Source: Planctomycetota bacterium (lineage in GTDB: Bacteria > Planctomycetota > UBA8108 > SXIK01). Taken from it: a stretch of 64,000 nt of DNA. The notes beneath the pieces are model-generated. The model was not told the DNA's origin and made no database searches. It saw only the letters and a list, made by a program, of their open reading frames with translations. The stretch covers positions 352,001 to 416,000 of the forward strand of contig CBDCXR010000004.1 in the NCBI GenBank assembly GCA_965223845.1. The letters run 5' to 3'. This document shows, piece after piece, positions 1 through 10,023 of this stretch. The stretch's first letter is position 1; every line of letters begins with the position of its first letter. Position numbers and translations under genes: made by a program.

Positions 1-1
1 C

Positions 2-700
2 CGTCTCGTAGGTCGGGATCGCTTCGTCGAAGGCGTTCAGCTCGACGTAGGCCATCCCGAGCCAGTCGTGCGCCCACGGCGACGCCGGATCGATGGCGAT
101 GACGTCTCGTAAATGGTCGCGCATGGTGGCGAATTCGCGCGCAAAGTAGAGGACGGCAGCCTTTCCGATCTTGAAGCCGAGCTCATCCGGCGCGAGCTCC
201 GTCGCGCGCGTCGACTCCGCGATCGCCCGAGGGTGATCTCCCATCGCAGCGAGATAGAGTGCGTACCAGTGCCGCGCTCTTGCGTCCGTCGGGTCGAGAC
301 GAATCGCGTGTTCGAGAGAGAGCCGCGCTCCGTCCCAGTCCCAATCGCAGAGCCGGACGATCCCGAGTGCGACGTGCGCCGCAGCGACATCGCTTCCTAA
401 TTCGGTGGCGCGATTCGCGGCGTCTCTCGCGCGCGGGAGAGCTCCTTCACGCGAGTAGTACCCGAAGCACCAAAGGGTCGCGAATGCTTCGGCGACGCCG
501 GCGTGTGCCCGAGCGTCGTTCGGGTTTCGCTCGAGTGTCTCTTCGTGGAGCGCGACGACGCCTTCGAACGCTCGGCGATACTCTCCGCCGAGGGACGGCG
601 CAGGCTCGCGGTGGATGGGATCGCTCGGCGCGTCGACAACCGGCGAACAAGCGGCGGCGGTGAGGGCGACGACGAGAACGAAGAGTCGGCGTTTCTTCAT
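2..700 (-). CDS. TPR-repeat lipoprotein (partial, runs off the left edge; absent from the supplied ORF track)
   Basis: Manual translation from ATG at 700: MKKRRLFVLVVALTAAAC (lipobox-like Cys), then TPR-like helices (AHVALGIVRLCDWDWDGARLSLEHAIRLDP; ARHWYALYLAAMG; WAHDWLGMAYVEL). The frame is open to the window edge. Confidence 0.85.
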   Translation of the reverse strand, partial: MKKRRLFVLVVALTAAACSPVVDAPSDPIHREPAPSLGGEYRRAFEGVVALHEETLERNPNDARAHAGVAEAFATLWCFGYYSREGALPRARDAANRATELGSDVAAAHVALGIVRLCDWDWDGARLSLEHAIRLDPTDARARHWYALYLAAMGDHPRAIAESTRATELAPDELGFKIGKAAVLYFAREFATMRDHLRDVIAIDPASPWAHDWLGMAYVELNAFDEAIPTYET

Positions 701-816
701 CGGATGGGCTCGTTCGCCCTACCTTTGTGGACGGCTCGGGTACACTGGAAGCTCGTCGATGGCCGAGGATCTCTCGTTGCCGTTTCGGCTCAACATCGGA
801 AGGTGGATCGTCCGGG

Positions 817-3800
817 ATGACGGAACAGAAGTCGAGAGCACGATTCCTTCTTGCGGGGATTGCGCTCGTGGCCGCTGCAGTCGCGATCGTTGTCGTCTTC
901 GATCGAGGCCGACGAGAGGAGAGGACTCCCCCGGTCGAACTCGCCGAAGGCGACGATTCGGCTCCGCCGGCAGAATCCGAGAAGGACGGCGATCGGCTCG
1001 AATTCCGCAGCGCGGACGAGGCGCGCGCGTTTGTCGCGCGTGCGAAGTCGTCGCTCGCCCGTCAACCGGGCGATGCGCGCCTTCACCGACAGCTCGGAAC
1101 GGCCCTGAGCGCGCTCGGTGAGCGAGACGACGCGCTCGCTCACTACGGCCGAGCCGTAGAGCTCGCGCCGAGCGACGCCGAAGCGCAGAACGATTTCGCC
1201 GTACTTCTGGCCGCGAGCGGGCAGATCGAGCGGGCCATGGCGCACTTTCGCGCGGCGATCCGCGTCGACCCCGATCACGCCGAGAGTCGAGTCAATCTCG
1301 GGAATACGCTCGTCGTTCAGAGAAAGTTTGCGGAGGCGATCCCGCACTTTCGCCGTGCGATCGCAGTGCGGCCGGACTACGCGAAGGCGCACAACAACCT
1401 CGCCGTCGCTCTCAAGGAAACGGGGAGTATCGACGAGGCGCACGTCCACCTTCGTGAGGCGATGCGTTTCCGTCGCGAGCAGGCGGCGTCGACGTCTCGC
1501 GACTCTCCGGCCGTCGCGGAGAGACGAGAGGGCGCCGAAGATTCCGCGGATTCGCGAAGAGCAGCGGAGCGCGACGCCGAGGGTGTCGCGGCGATGACGA
1601 CGCGACGCATCGAGTCGGAGCGAGCGTCGGCCGCGACCGCTCTCGATCCGAGCTCCGACGGCTGGGAGTCGGAAGCGGTCGCCGAAACGGCGAAAGCGCG
1701 GCTCGAGCGACTCGCCGCACTCCTCTCGGGTCCGGGACCGATCGACCCGACGAGCTTCGACGGCCTCGTCTCCGCCGATCCCGAGTCGACGGAGTTCGAC
1801 GGGAAACTCGAGGAGGCGTACCGCGACGCGGTCCTCACCGTGCGCCGTCGAGCGGCGCCCGTCACGAAAGAGGATCGGGTGAACCGAGGGCGCGCATCGC
1901 TCGCGAAAGCACTCGAAACGCTCGCGGCGCCGCTCCGTGGAGCGAGCGATGTCGAAACGCACGTAAAGATCGTCCGCGTCGATCTCGCCGGCGATTCCGT
2001 CGCTACCCTCGCGTACTTCGACGCGAGTGGTCGTACGGGCGCGGGTGCAGTCGGAGTTCGCGATGTATGGCGATGCCGCTGGGCGCGAGAGAACGGTGAG
2101 CTGCTTCTCGATTCTCTGAGTTCGGACGACTACGAACGGATCGACGCTCGCGGATCCCGGTGGTTCACCGACTGTACGGCGGCGGTTCTCGGAGCGAACG
2201 ACTCGTTCGAGCGCCAGCTCGTTCCCGGACTCAACCACTGGCTCGCCCGCATCGAGCGGGTCCACAGCATGCACGTCTTCGCGCGTTACGGACTCGCGGT
2301 CGGCGACGTCAACGGCGACGATCTCGACGATGTCTACGTGTGTCAGCCGGGCGGTCTCCCGAATCGGCTCTACGTGCAGAACGCGGACGGGACGGCGAGC
2401 GACACCTCCGCGGCCGCCGGGGTCGACTGGCTCGACCACACGAGCAGCGCGCTCCTCGTCGATCTCGACGGTGATGGCGATCAGGATCTCGTCGCGGCGA
2501 CGATCTTCGGACTCATCCTCATGGCGAATGACGGGCGGGGCTCGTTCGCTCGTCGCGCGGTTCTTGCGCCGCGCGACATCGATCTCCACTCTCTGAGCGC
2601 CGCGGATTACGACGGCGACGGAGACCTCGACCTCTACATCTGTACGGACTTCGCGCAGGAAGTCGCACGCCCCGGGGCAGGAACGGGATTCGTTTACCAC
2701 GACGCGAACGATGGCGGAGCGAATCTTCTCTTTCGAAACGACATCGCGTCGAGCGAGGACGGGGCGTCGGTCGAGGGTGGGGCGACTTGGTCGTTTACCG
2801 ACGTCACGAAGGACGTCGGGCTCGACGTCGACAACCGCCGGCACAGCCTCGCGGCGGCGTGGGAGGACTACGACAATGACGGCGATCCCGACCTCTACGT
2901 CGCGAACGACTACGGTCAAAACTGCCTCTACCGAAACGACGGCGGACGCTTCGTGAACGTCGCTCGCCAGGCGGGCGTCGTCGATTTCGGCTCGGGAATG
3001 TCGGTGAGCTGGGCCGACTTCAACCGCGACGGTCGCTTGGATATCTACGTCGGGAACATGTTCTCCTCGGCGGGAAATCGCATCACGCGCCAGCTCGGCT
3101 TCAAACCCGGCGTGAACGAGACGACGCGCGAACTCTACCGCCGTTTCGCGAAGGGAAACTCCCTCTTCGAGAACATTGGCGGCGGCACGTTCCGCGAGGT
3201 GGGCGCGGAAGCGGGCGTCGAGATGGGGCGCTGGGCGTGGAGCTCCGTGTTCGCGGACATCAACAGCGACGGCTGGGACGATCTCCTCGTCGCGAACGGC
3301 TACATCACGACGGAAGACACCGGCGACTTGTGAAGCTTTTTCTGGCGACAGGTCGTGTCGCACGGACGAGTCGCAGTGAGGGACGTGCCGTCGAGCGGGG
3401 GCGCGGCGACCGCCGGCACTCGGCTCCACGATTTCATCCGGCGGGGACGCTCCTTTAGTGGTCGAGAGCGAAACTGCTGCTTTCTCAATACGGGGCGCGC
3501 CGCGCGCCGGTTCGCGGATGTCTCCACCGTGAGCGGGTTCGACTTCGCCGACGACGCCCGTGCGATCGCGCGCGTCGATTGGGATCACGACGGCGACCTA
3601 GACTTTTGGGTCGCGAACCGAAGCGGGCCGCAAGTGCGCTTTCTCCGCAACGATGTTCCTCGTGCCGGTCGATCGATCTCGCTCGCTCTAGTCGGCACTC
3701 GCTCGAATCGCGACGCGATCGGAGCGCGCGTCGAGATGGTCTTCGCAAATGAGGCGCATCCGAAGCTCGTCCGCTCGCTCCGCGCGGGAGACGGCTTTCT

Positions 3801-5103
3801 CGCGCAGTCGACCAAGTGGCTTCACTTCGGGCTCGGGGAGGCGACCGAGATCGAACGCGTCACGGTGCGGTGGCCGAACGGTGAGGAGGAGGACTTCCGT
3901 GACGTCCGCGCGGGCGGACGCTTCCGTTTGGTGGAAGGACGCGGCGTCGCCGAAGCGTCGCCGAAGCGTCAGCCAGGCGTGCGGCTTGTCGAGACTCCGC
4001 CTCGCGAGTTCACCTCTCGTGAGCCGCGGCGCGTCGTCTCGCGAGCGCGGCTTCCTGTACCCATACTCGAGTACGACGACTTTGACGGCGAGCCGCGATC
4101 GGTGTTTCGCGCCGCCGATGAGGACGCGACCGGCGCGACCGAACCCCGCGCGATGCTTCTCGTTCTGTGGGCGAGCTGGTGCCCGCCGTGCATCCTCGAG
4201 CTCCGCGAGATCGCCGAACGCGCGGGAGATCTTCGCGCAGCCGGTCTCGACGTCGTCGCGCTCTCGGTCGACGGGCTCGCGGAGAAGCCGGGACGCTCGC
4301 CGGCGGAGCTTAGTGACATCATCGCGCAGACCGAGTTTCCGTTCGCAGCGGGCCTCGCTCGCGAGCGCACGCTCGAACGCCTCGAGCGCGTTCACGATCG
4401 ACTCTTCGATCTTCGTCGGCGATTCCCCGTTCCCGTGAGCTTCCTCATCGACGGACGAGGCGAGCTCCTTACGATCTATCGCGGTCGTCTCGGAGTCGAC
4501 GCGCTCCTTCACGACGTGGAGCGGGCGAAGACGCGTACGCTTCGCGCGAGTGCACTCCCGTTCTCGGGTCGGTGGCTGCGCGAACCTGGGCGCTTGAGTC
4601 CCTTCACACTCGTCTGGGAGCTGCTCGCAGGCGGCGACGCACATGCCGGAATCCGGTACTTCGCGAAGCACCACGATCTCCTCCGCGCGCACGTCCGATT
4701 TCCGCAGCTCGCCGTGCTCGCGGGAAACGCACGGCTCTCGCGCGGAGACGTCCGAGCGGCGATGGCGCTCTACCGCGAAGCCATCGCGCGCGACGCGGAA
4801 TACGTCGATGCGCAGAACAACCTCGCGTGGGTGCTCGCGACCCACGCGGAAGACGGCGTCCGCGACGGTGCCGAGGCGGTGCGACTCGCGCAGTCGGCGC
4901 TCCAGAAGTCAGAGGGCAGGTTGACTTCGGTGTGGAACACCCTCGCCGCCGCGCTCGCAGAGGCGGGAGACTTCCCGCGGGCGATCGAAGTGGCCGAGCG
5001 AGCCCTCGAGCTCGCGCGCGACCGCGAGCAGGGCGAGCTCGCCGAAACGATCGAGCGCCGGCTCGCGCTCTACCGAAACCATCTCCCGTACAGATCCCGG
5101 TGA
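817..5103 (+). CDS. TPR + FG-GAP/VCBS beta-propeller + ASPIC/UnbV + thioredoxin-like (CxxC) + TPR protein (CRTAC1-like), read through an in-frame TGA at 3331-3333; candidate selenoprotein
   Basis: ORFs 727..3333 and 3355..5103 share a frame with only one TGA between them: ...GYITTEDTGDL*SFFWRQVVSHGR... N-terminal TM helix and TPRs. FG-GAP repeats (GDVNGDDLDD, DLDGDGDQD, DYDNDGDPD) continue after the TGA (DWDHDGDLD). ASPIC/UnbV (SNRDAIGARV...LHFGLG), WASWCPPC, C-terminal TPRs. If not read through, these are two genes (817..3333, 3355..5103). Confidence 0.75.
3331..3366 (+). promoter_or_regulatory. Putative bacterial SECIS element directly 3' of the in-frame UGA
   Basis: TGA, then an 11-nt spacer (AGCTTTTTCTG), then a perfect 6-bp stem GCGACA/TGTCGC (3345-3350/3356-3361) closing the loop GGTCG. 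The stem extends through TCTG/CGGA with one bulged A. The apical CAGGTC matches the E. coli fdhF SECIS top (GCAGGUCUGC). Confidence 0.7.
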
Positions 5104-5213
5104 TGCACCCGCATTCTCGCGGAAAGCCGTTGCAAAGGCTGCTAGCGCGAGTTGCGATGTTCGGACGAGGCGTGGGTCGCGTCTCGATCGAAACGGGTCG
5201 GAGGAAAACCATC

Positions 5214-6779
5214 ATGCGTCGTTCTGCCGCCGTCGTCTTCGCGTCCGTTCTCGTTTTCTCCGCGGCGGGAATCGTCTCCGCGGACATCATCGCGCCGACG
5301 GAGGTTCGGGCGACGAGCCAGTTCGGGCTCGGGGTGATCGTCGTCGACAGTCTGATCGACGGCTCGGGACTCGACGGAGCCGGTCCGATCGCGTCTCAGC
5401 TCCACGACAACGACGACGACAACATGTGGTTCTCGGGCTGCGAAGATGCCGGGATCGCAGGAGGGACTCCGGCGGAGTGTCCGACCGGGTTCGAGGTCCC
5501 GCCCGTAGACGAGCAGATCGTCGAGTTCGTCTTCGACACCGCGTACGACCTCGGCTCGGCGCTCGTGTGGCAGTACAACGAGTTCAACGACACGGTCGGA
5601 CCGCTTGCCGAACGCGGCGTGAAGCGTCTCGAGATGCTCGTCTCGCCGAGCCTGGAGGGCGAGTTTACGGCCATCGGCGAGTTCGAGCTCGCGCTGGCGT
5701 CGCCGGGGGACGAGGCCGGCGCGTTCACCGCGCCCGTCCAGAGTCTCGACGTCTGCGATCTCCCCGCGACGGACAGCGTGCGTCGCGTGCGCTTCCATCT
5801 CCTCGAAGCGCACAGCGGCGGCGAGGCGGACTACGTCGGCCTCTCTGAGGTGCGCTTCGAAGGCGTGGAGGCGGCGAACGTCGAGCTCATCACTCCGTCG
5901 GGAATCACCGGGACGAGTCAGTTCGGACTCGGCATCGTGACCGACAACTTGATCAACGGCTCTGGGCTCGATGGCGAAGGAGCCGTCGAGGATCAGCTGC
6001 ACACGAACGACAACGCGACGATGTGGTTCAGCGGGTGCGAGGATGCCGGCCTCCCGGGGGGAACGCCGCCCGAGTGTCCCACCGGCTTCGAGGTGGCTCC
6101 GGTCGACGAGCAGGTCGTCGAGTTCGAGTTCGACGGGAGCTACGATCTCAGCTCGGCACTCGTGTGGCAGTACAACGAACGCTCGGGAATCGGGCCGCTT
6201 CCGGGGCGCGGAGTAAGGACCTTCGAAATGCTCGCTTCGCCGAATCTCACCGACGATTTCGTTTCGCTCGGGACGTACGAGCTTGCGGTGGCGAGTCCAG
6301 CGGCAGAGCTCGGGGTGTTCTCCGAGCCGGCGCAAAAGATCGGCATTTGCGGACCGGAGTCGACCGGGGTCCAGCGCGTCCGCTTCCGCATCCTCGAGGC
6401 TCACAGCGGCGAAGCGATGGACTACGTCGGGCTTTCCGAAGTGCGCTTTCAAGGGACACCGCTCATTCCCTCGGTCGGTCAGCTCGCGGGCGATGCCAAC
6501 CAAGACGGCGACGTGAATGTGAGCGACATCATCACCGGGATCAAGCTCCTCTTCCCGACGTTCTTCCTACTCGATCGGAGTCCGGCATCACCGCCGTGCG
6601 CCACGGACGCCGGCAATGTCGCCGTGCTCGACGTGAACGGGGATGCCGCTCTCAGCGCGGCTGATCTCCTTTACTTGGCGCAGTACCTCTTCGGTGGGGG
6701 ACCCGCACCGGTCGGCGGTGTGTGCATCCGGGTTCCCGAGGCGGACTGTGACGAGAACGCTGCCTGCAGCGGTGGGTAG
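5214..6779 (+). CDS. Secreted protein with two tandem discoidin/galactose-binding-like (DUF4457-like) domains and a C-terminal dockerin
   Basis: GGAGG RBS at 5200-5204, ATG at 5214, signal peptide MRRSAAVVFASVLVFSAAGIVSA. A ~195-aa unit occurs twice (TSQFGLG...MWFSGCEDAG...ALVWQYNE...YVGLSEVRF). Dockerin: GDANQDGDVNVSD...DVNGDAALSAAD. Confidence 0.8.
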   Translation: MRRSAAVVFASVLVFSAAGIVSADIIAPTEVRATSQFGLGVIVVDSLIDGSGLDGAGPIASQLHDNDDDNMWFSGCEDAGIAGGTPAECPTGFEVPPVDEQIVEFVFDTAYDLGSALVWQYNEFNDTVGPLAERGVKRLEMLVSPSLEGEFTAIGEFELALASPGDEAGAFTAPVQSLDVCDLPATDSVRRVRFHLLEAHSGGEADYVGLSEVRFEGVEAANVELITPSGITGTSQFGLGIVTDNLINGSGLDGEGAVEDQLHTNDNATMWFSGCEDAGLPGGTPPECPTGFEVAPVDEQVVEFEFDGSYDLSSALVWQYNERSGIGPLPGRGVRTFEMLASPNLTDDFVSLGTYELAVASPAAELGVFSEPAQKIGICGPESTGVQRVRFRILEAHSGEAMDYVGLSEVRFQGTPLIPSVGQLAGDANQDGDVNVSDIITGIKLLFPTFFLLDRSPASPPCATDAGNVAVLDVNGDAALSAADLLYLAQYLFGGGPAPVGGVCIRVPEADCDENAACSGG

Positions 6780-8214
6780 ATTGCGCTCACTCGCGCGTTC
6801 GGCTCGGATTGGCGAGCTCACCGGTGGGATCCGCGCCCTCCTTCTTCTCCTTTCCGCGTTCGTGTTTAGTGCGCGACTCGGCGCGGCGGAGCGACCGCAT
6901 ATCGTCGTTTTCATCTCGGACGATCTCGGCCGGCTCGAGACCTCGGTCTACGGATCGAAGGACGCGAAGACGCCGAATCTCGACCGCGTCGCCTCGGCCG
7001 GAATGACGTTTGAGAGCGCGTACGTCGCTTCGCCCTCGTGCTGTCCGAATCGATATTCGCTTCTCACGGGACTGATGCCGTCGCGGCACGGAGCGCATCC
7101 GAATCACAGCCGCGTGAAGCCGGGGACGAAGTTCCTTCCGCCGTTCCTCAAGTCGCTCGGTTACACGATCGCATCCTTCGGGAAGATCGCTCATCGCCGG
7201 AGCTCGTTTCCGGGCTGCGATTTCAACTCGCCGCGACCGCGTGATCTGTCCGTGAACGTGCGGGACTGGTTCCGCTCAAAGCCGGAGGGGCCGATCTGCC
7301 TCCTCGTCGGAGATCGCCGTCCGCACGTATTGTGGACTAGCGAGTCGATCTACGACCCAAACGCGGTCCGATTGCCTCCCGACTTCATCGACACTCCCGA
7401 GACGCGCGAGCACTGGGCGCGCTACCTGACGGAGATCTCGGGCATGGACGGAGAGATCGGACGCATACTCGCCCTCGCGTCGGAGAACCTCGGCAAGAAC
7501 TTCATCTTTCTCTTCACCAGTGATCACGGCGGGCAGTGGCCGCGCGCGAAGTGGAATCTGTACGACTCCGGGACGCGGATCCCGCTCATCGTCTCCTGGC
7601 CGGGGCGAATCGCCGCCGGCGTTCGGACGAACGCGTTCGTGAGCTGGGTGGATCTCGTGCCGACGCTCCTCGATCTCGCCGGCGGTGAGGTTCCGAAAGA
7701 GATCGACGGTCGCTCGTTCGCCGCCGTTCTCCTCGGGACCGCGACGTCGCATCGTGAACGGATCTTCACAACCCACACGGGCGATGGTGTGATGAATGTC
7801 TTTCCGATGCGAAGCGTGCGCGTAGCCAATTGGAAGTACATTCTCAACCTGCGGCCGGACGCTTGGCACACCACTCACTCGGATCGCTTGCGACGCGATG
7901 GCTCCGGTGCGTTCTGGAACTCGTGGGACGAAGCAGCGAAGACGGATGCCCGAGCAGCATCGATCATCCGGCGCTACCGTACGCGCGCGCGGGAGGAGCT
8001 GTTCGACTTGTCGCGCGACCCGTTCGAGCTCACGAACCTCGCCGCGGATCCGAAGCACCGCGACCGTTTGGCCTCGCTCCGAATGGCGCTCTCGAGCTGG
8101 ACGACGGCGCAGGGCGACTCGCTCGAGCCGCACCGTGATCCCTACCTCCGCTCGAAGCCGATCCCCGACCTGCGACGCGAGCGAGAGCGTTCGAAGCGCG
8201 AGGCGGGACGATAG
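6772..8214 (+). CDS. Sulfatase (Cys-type, formylglycine-dependent)
   Basis: PHIVVFISDDLG, CxPxR motif (SCCPNRYSLLTG), GKIAH, FTSDHG, ELFDLSRDPFELTNLA. Start codon uncertain. Confidence 0.9.
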   Translation: MGRLRSLARSARIGELTGGIRALLLLLSAFVFSARLGAAERPHIVVFISDDLGRLETSVYGSKDAKTPNLDRVASAGMTFESAYVASPSCCPNRYSLLTGLMPSRHGAHPNHSRVKPGTKFLPPFLKSLGYTIASFGKIAHRRSSFPGCDFNSPRPRDLSVNVRDWFRSKPEGPICLLVGDRRPHVLWTSESIYDPNAVRLPPDFIDTPETREHWARYLTEISGMDGEIGRILALASENLGKNFIFLFTSDHGGQWPRAKWNLYDSGTRIPLIVSWPGRIAAGVRTNAFVSWVDLVPTLLDLAGGEVPKEIDGRSFAAVLLGTATSHRERIFTTHTGDGVMNVFPMRSVRVANWKYILNLRPDAWHTTHSDRLRRDGSGAFWNSWDEAAKTDARAASIIRRYRTRAREELFDLSRDPFELTNLAADPKHRDRLASLRMALSSWTTAQGDSLEPHRDPYLRSKPIPDLRRERERSKREAGR

Positions 8215-8282
8215 ACTACCGCTACCGCGTGGGGAGCGTGTCGCACCGCGGAGTCGATTTCGATCCAGAGGAGGTAGCCGCC

Positions 8283-8768
8283 GTGCCGCGCTACATGATC
8301 AAAGAACGGTTTTGGTCCTTCGGCGACACCTTCCAGATCTTCGATGCGGACGGAGAGCCCGCGTACGAGGTCGTCGGCCGAGTCTTCAGCTGGGGTGACA
8401 AGCTCAGCTTCCAGGATCTCGACGGGGCCGAGCTCGCGTTCATCTCGCAGCAGATGCTGTCGTTTCTTCCCCGCTACGAGATTTCGGTCGGAGGAGAGCC
8501 GTTCGCCGAGGTGCGGAAGGAGTTTTCCTGGTTCAAGAAGCGGTTCGCGCTCGATGTTCCTGGTCCCAACGACTACGAGATCGAGGGCTCGTTCTGGATT
8601 CACGACTACGAGTTCCGCCGGCGCGGACGAGTGGTCGCGACGGTGAGCAAGGCGCTTTGGGCATGGACGGACAGCTACGGCATCGAGATCGTCGATGACG
8701 AGGATGACGTGAGCATCCTCTGCGCAGCGATCGTGATCGACCAGGTGCTTCACGACGGAGATTCTTGA
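8283..8768 (+). CDS. LURP-one-related / scramblase (tubby C-terminal-like) protein
   Basis: GAGGAGG RBS before GTG 8283; KERFWSFGDTFQI...GSFWIHDYEF...WAWTDSYGIEI...AIVIDQ pattern. Confidence 0.85.
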   Translation: MPRYMIKERFWSFGDTFQIFDADGEPAYEVVGRVFSWGDKLSFQDLDGAELAFISQQMLSFLPRYEISVGGEPFAEVRKEFSWFKKRFALDVPGPNDYEIEGSFWIHDYEFRRRGRVVATVSKALWAWTDSYGIEIVDDEDDVSILCAAIVIDQVLHDGDS

Positions 8769-8901
8769 CGCTTCTTCGATCGAGTTGCCGTCGCGTGCCG
8801 TTCTTTCGAGAAGACGAGGGCCGAATTCGCCGCTACGATCACCGGAACGGCCTCGGGACCTCTCCGGTGGCGCACGCTCACGATCTTGATGGAGGACCTC
8901 G

Positions 8902-10017
8902 ATGCGACGCTTCTACCTCCTCGCGTGTCTCGCGGGTGGTTTGATCGGAACCGCTTCCGAGGTCGAGTCGTCCCGCTCCGATTCGGTTCCCGCGCTTGCG
9001 CTCGCGCATTCAGAACCGGTGCAGGCGGCGCTGTTCAGCCCGGACGGGAAGCGCATCGCCACCGCGGCGAAGAGCGGCGCGGTGCGTATTTGGGATGTCG
9101 CGAGCGGTGAGCGGCTCGAGACCATGGCCGGGAGCTCCCACGGAAAGGCGAGTCGCGACCCGCTCCTCGGGATCGCCTACCGGCCCGATGGCACGCGGAT
9201 CGCCGGACGCTCTGAGGACGAGCACGTCTACGTCTGGAACCCGGTGAACGGCGAGTCGATCGTATCGATCTGCGGCCGCAAGTGGAGCTTCGCCATCGCG
9301 ACGTTCAGTCCGGACGGACGCCACCTCCTCACGGTCGAATACGGTCGAGCGGAGATCTACGACGCCGCGAACGGAAAACACGTCGGCGCGCTTCAGAGCG
9401 GCGACGACGACTGGGTCGAGACGGCGCACTACAGTGCGGATGGCCGACGCATCGTCACCGTTACGAAACGGGGGATCGTGACCGTCCGGGAGGCGAAGGG
9501 GCGTGAGGTCGTTCGCGTGCTGGAAACGTCGAAGCCGAATGCGGATTTCGCTCGACTCGATCGGAAGGGAAAGCGCGTCGTCACGCTCGCCGGCGACCGC
9601 TGGGCCCGAGTGTGGGACGTTGCGAACGGAATCGAGCTCTACTCCGTGCCGATCGGAAAGCGGGGCGTGCAGGGGGCGCGTGTCGCGCGGTTTGGCCCGG
9701 ATGGCAGTGTTCTCGTCACGGCGGTGCGTCAATCCAGCGCGCGAATCTGGGACGCTGCGACCGGGAAGCGGATCGCGACGCTCACGGGTCACGAGAAACC
9801 GATTCGCTCGGTCGCGATCAGTCCGGATGGACGACGAATCACGACCGCGTCGACCGAAGACTCCGCCCGACTGTGGGACGCGAAGACGGGGCGACTTCTG
9901 CGCCTCTTCGAGCACAAGGACAGCGTCTACACGGCGGTGTTCAGTCCGGACGGCAAGCGAGTACTTACGGCTTCGAAGGACGGCGCGGCTTGCGTCTGGG
10001 ACGTTTCCGCGGAGTAG
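8902..10017 (+). CDS. Secreted WD40-repeat protein
   Basis: Signal peptide; repeated FSPDG...IWD motifs (GHEKPIRSVAISPDG...ARLWD). Confidence 0.9.
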   Translation: MRRFYLLACLAGGLIGTASEVESSRSDSVPALALAHSEPVQAALFSPDGKRIATAAKSGAVRIWDVASGERLETMAGSSHGKASRDPLLGIAYRPDGTRIAGRSEDEHVYVWNPVNGESIVSICGRKWSFAIATFSPDGRHLLTVEYGRAEIYDAANGKHVGALQSGDDDWVETAHYSADGRRIVTVTKRGIVTVREAKGREVVRVLETSKPNADFARLDRKGKRVVTLAGDRWARVWDVANGIELYSVPIGKRGVQGARVARFGPDGSVLVTAVRQSSARIWDAATGKRIATLTGHEKPIRSVAISPDGRRITTASTEDSARLWDAKTGRLLRLFEHKDSVYTAVFSPDGKRVLTASKDGAACVWDVSAE

Positions 10018-10023
10018 TAGTTC

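Noticed and set aside
3331-3333. Genome-wide UGA reassignment to Trp or Gly
   Set aside because: TGA ends many clearly complete genes in the window (e.g. 8768, 11316, 29226, 47554, 48994) and Trp is encoded by TGG throughout, so any readthrough must be site-specific.
790-3588. Very long antisense ORFs (932 aa here; also 32831..35152, 37543..39627, 40479..43154, 44540..47188, 50736..53855)
   Set aside because: They mirror well-supported genes on the opposite strand, have Arg/Val-rich motif-free translations, and are expected where high-GC codon usage removes antisense stops.
4572-5213. N-terminal extensions in the ORF track (4572, 6643, 12276, 15215, 19214, 25282, 32531, 44525, 58725)
   Set aside because: Most overlap neighbouring genes or are low-complexity; downstream starts fit better with an RBS, a signal peptide or the first domain boundary.
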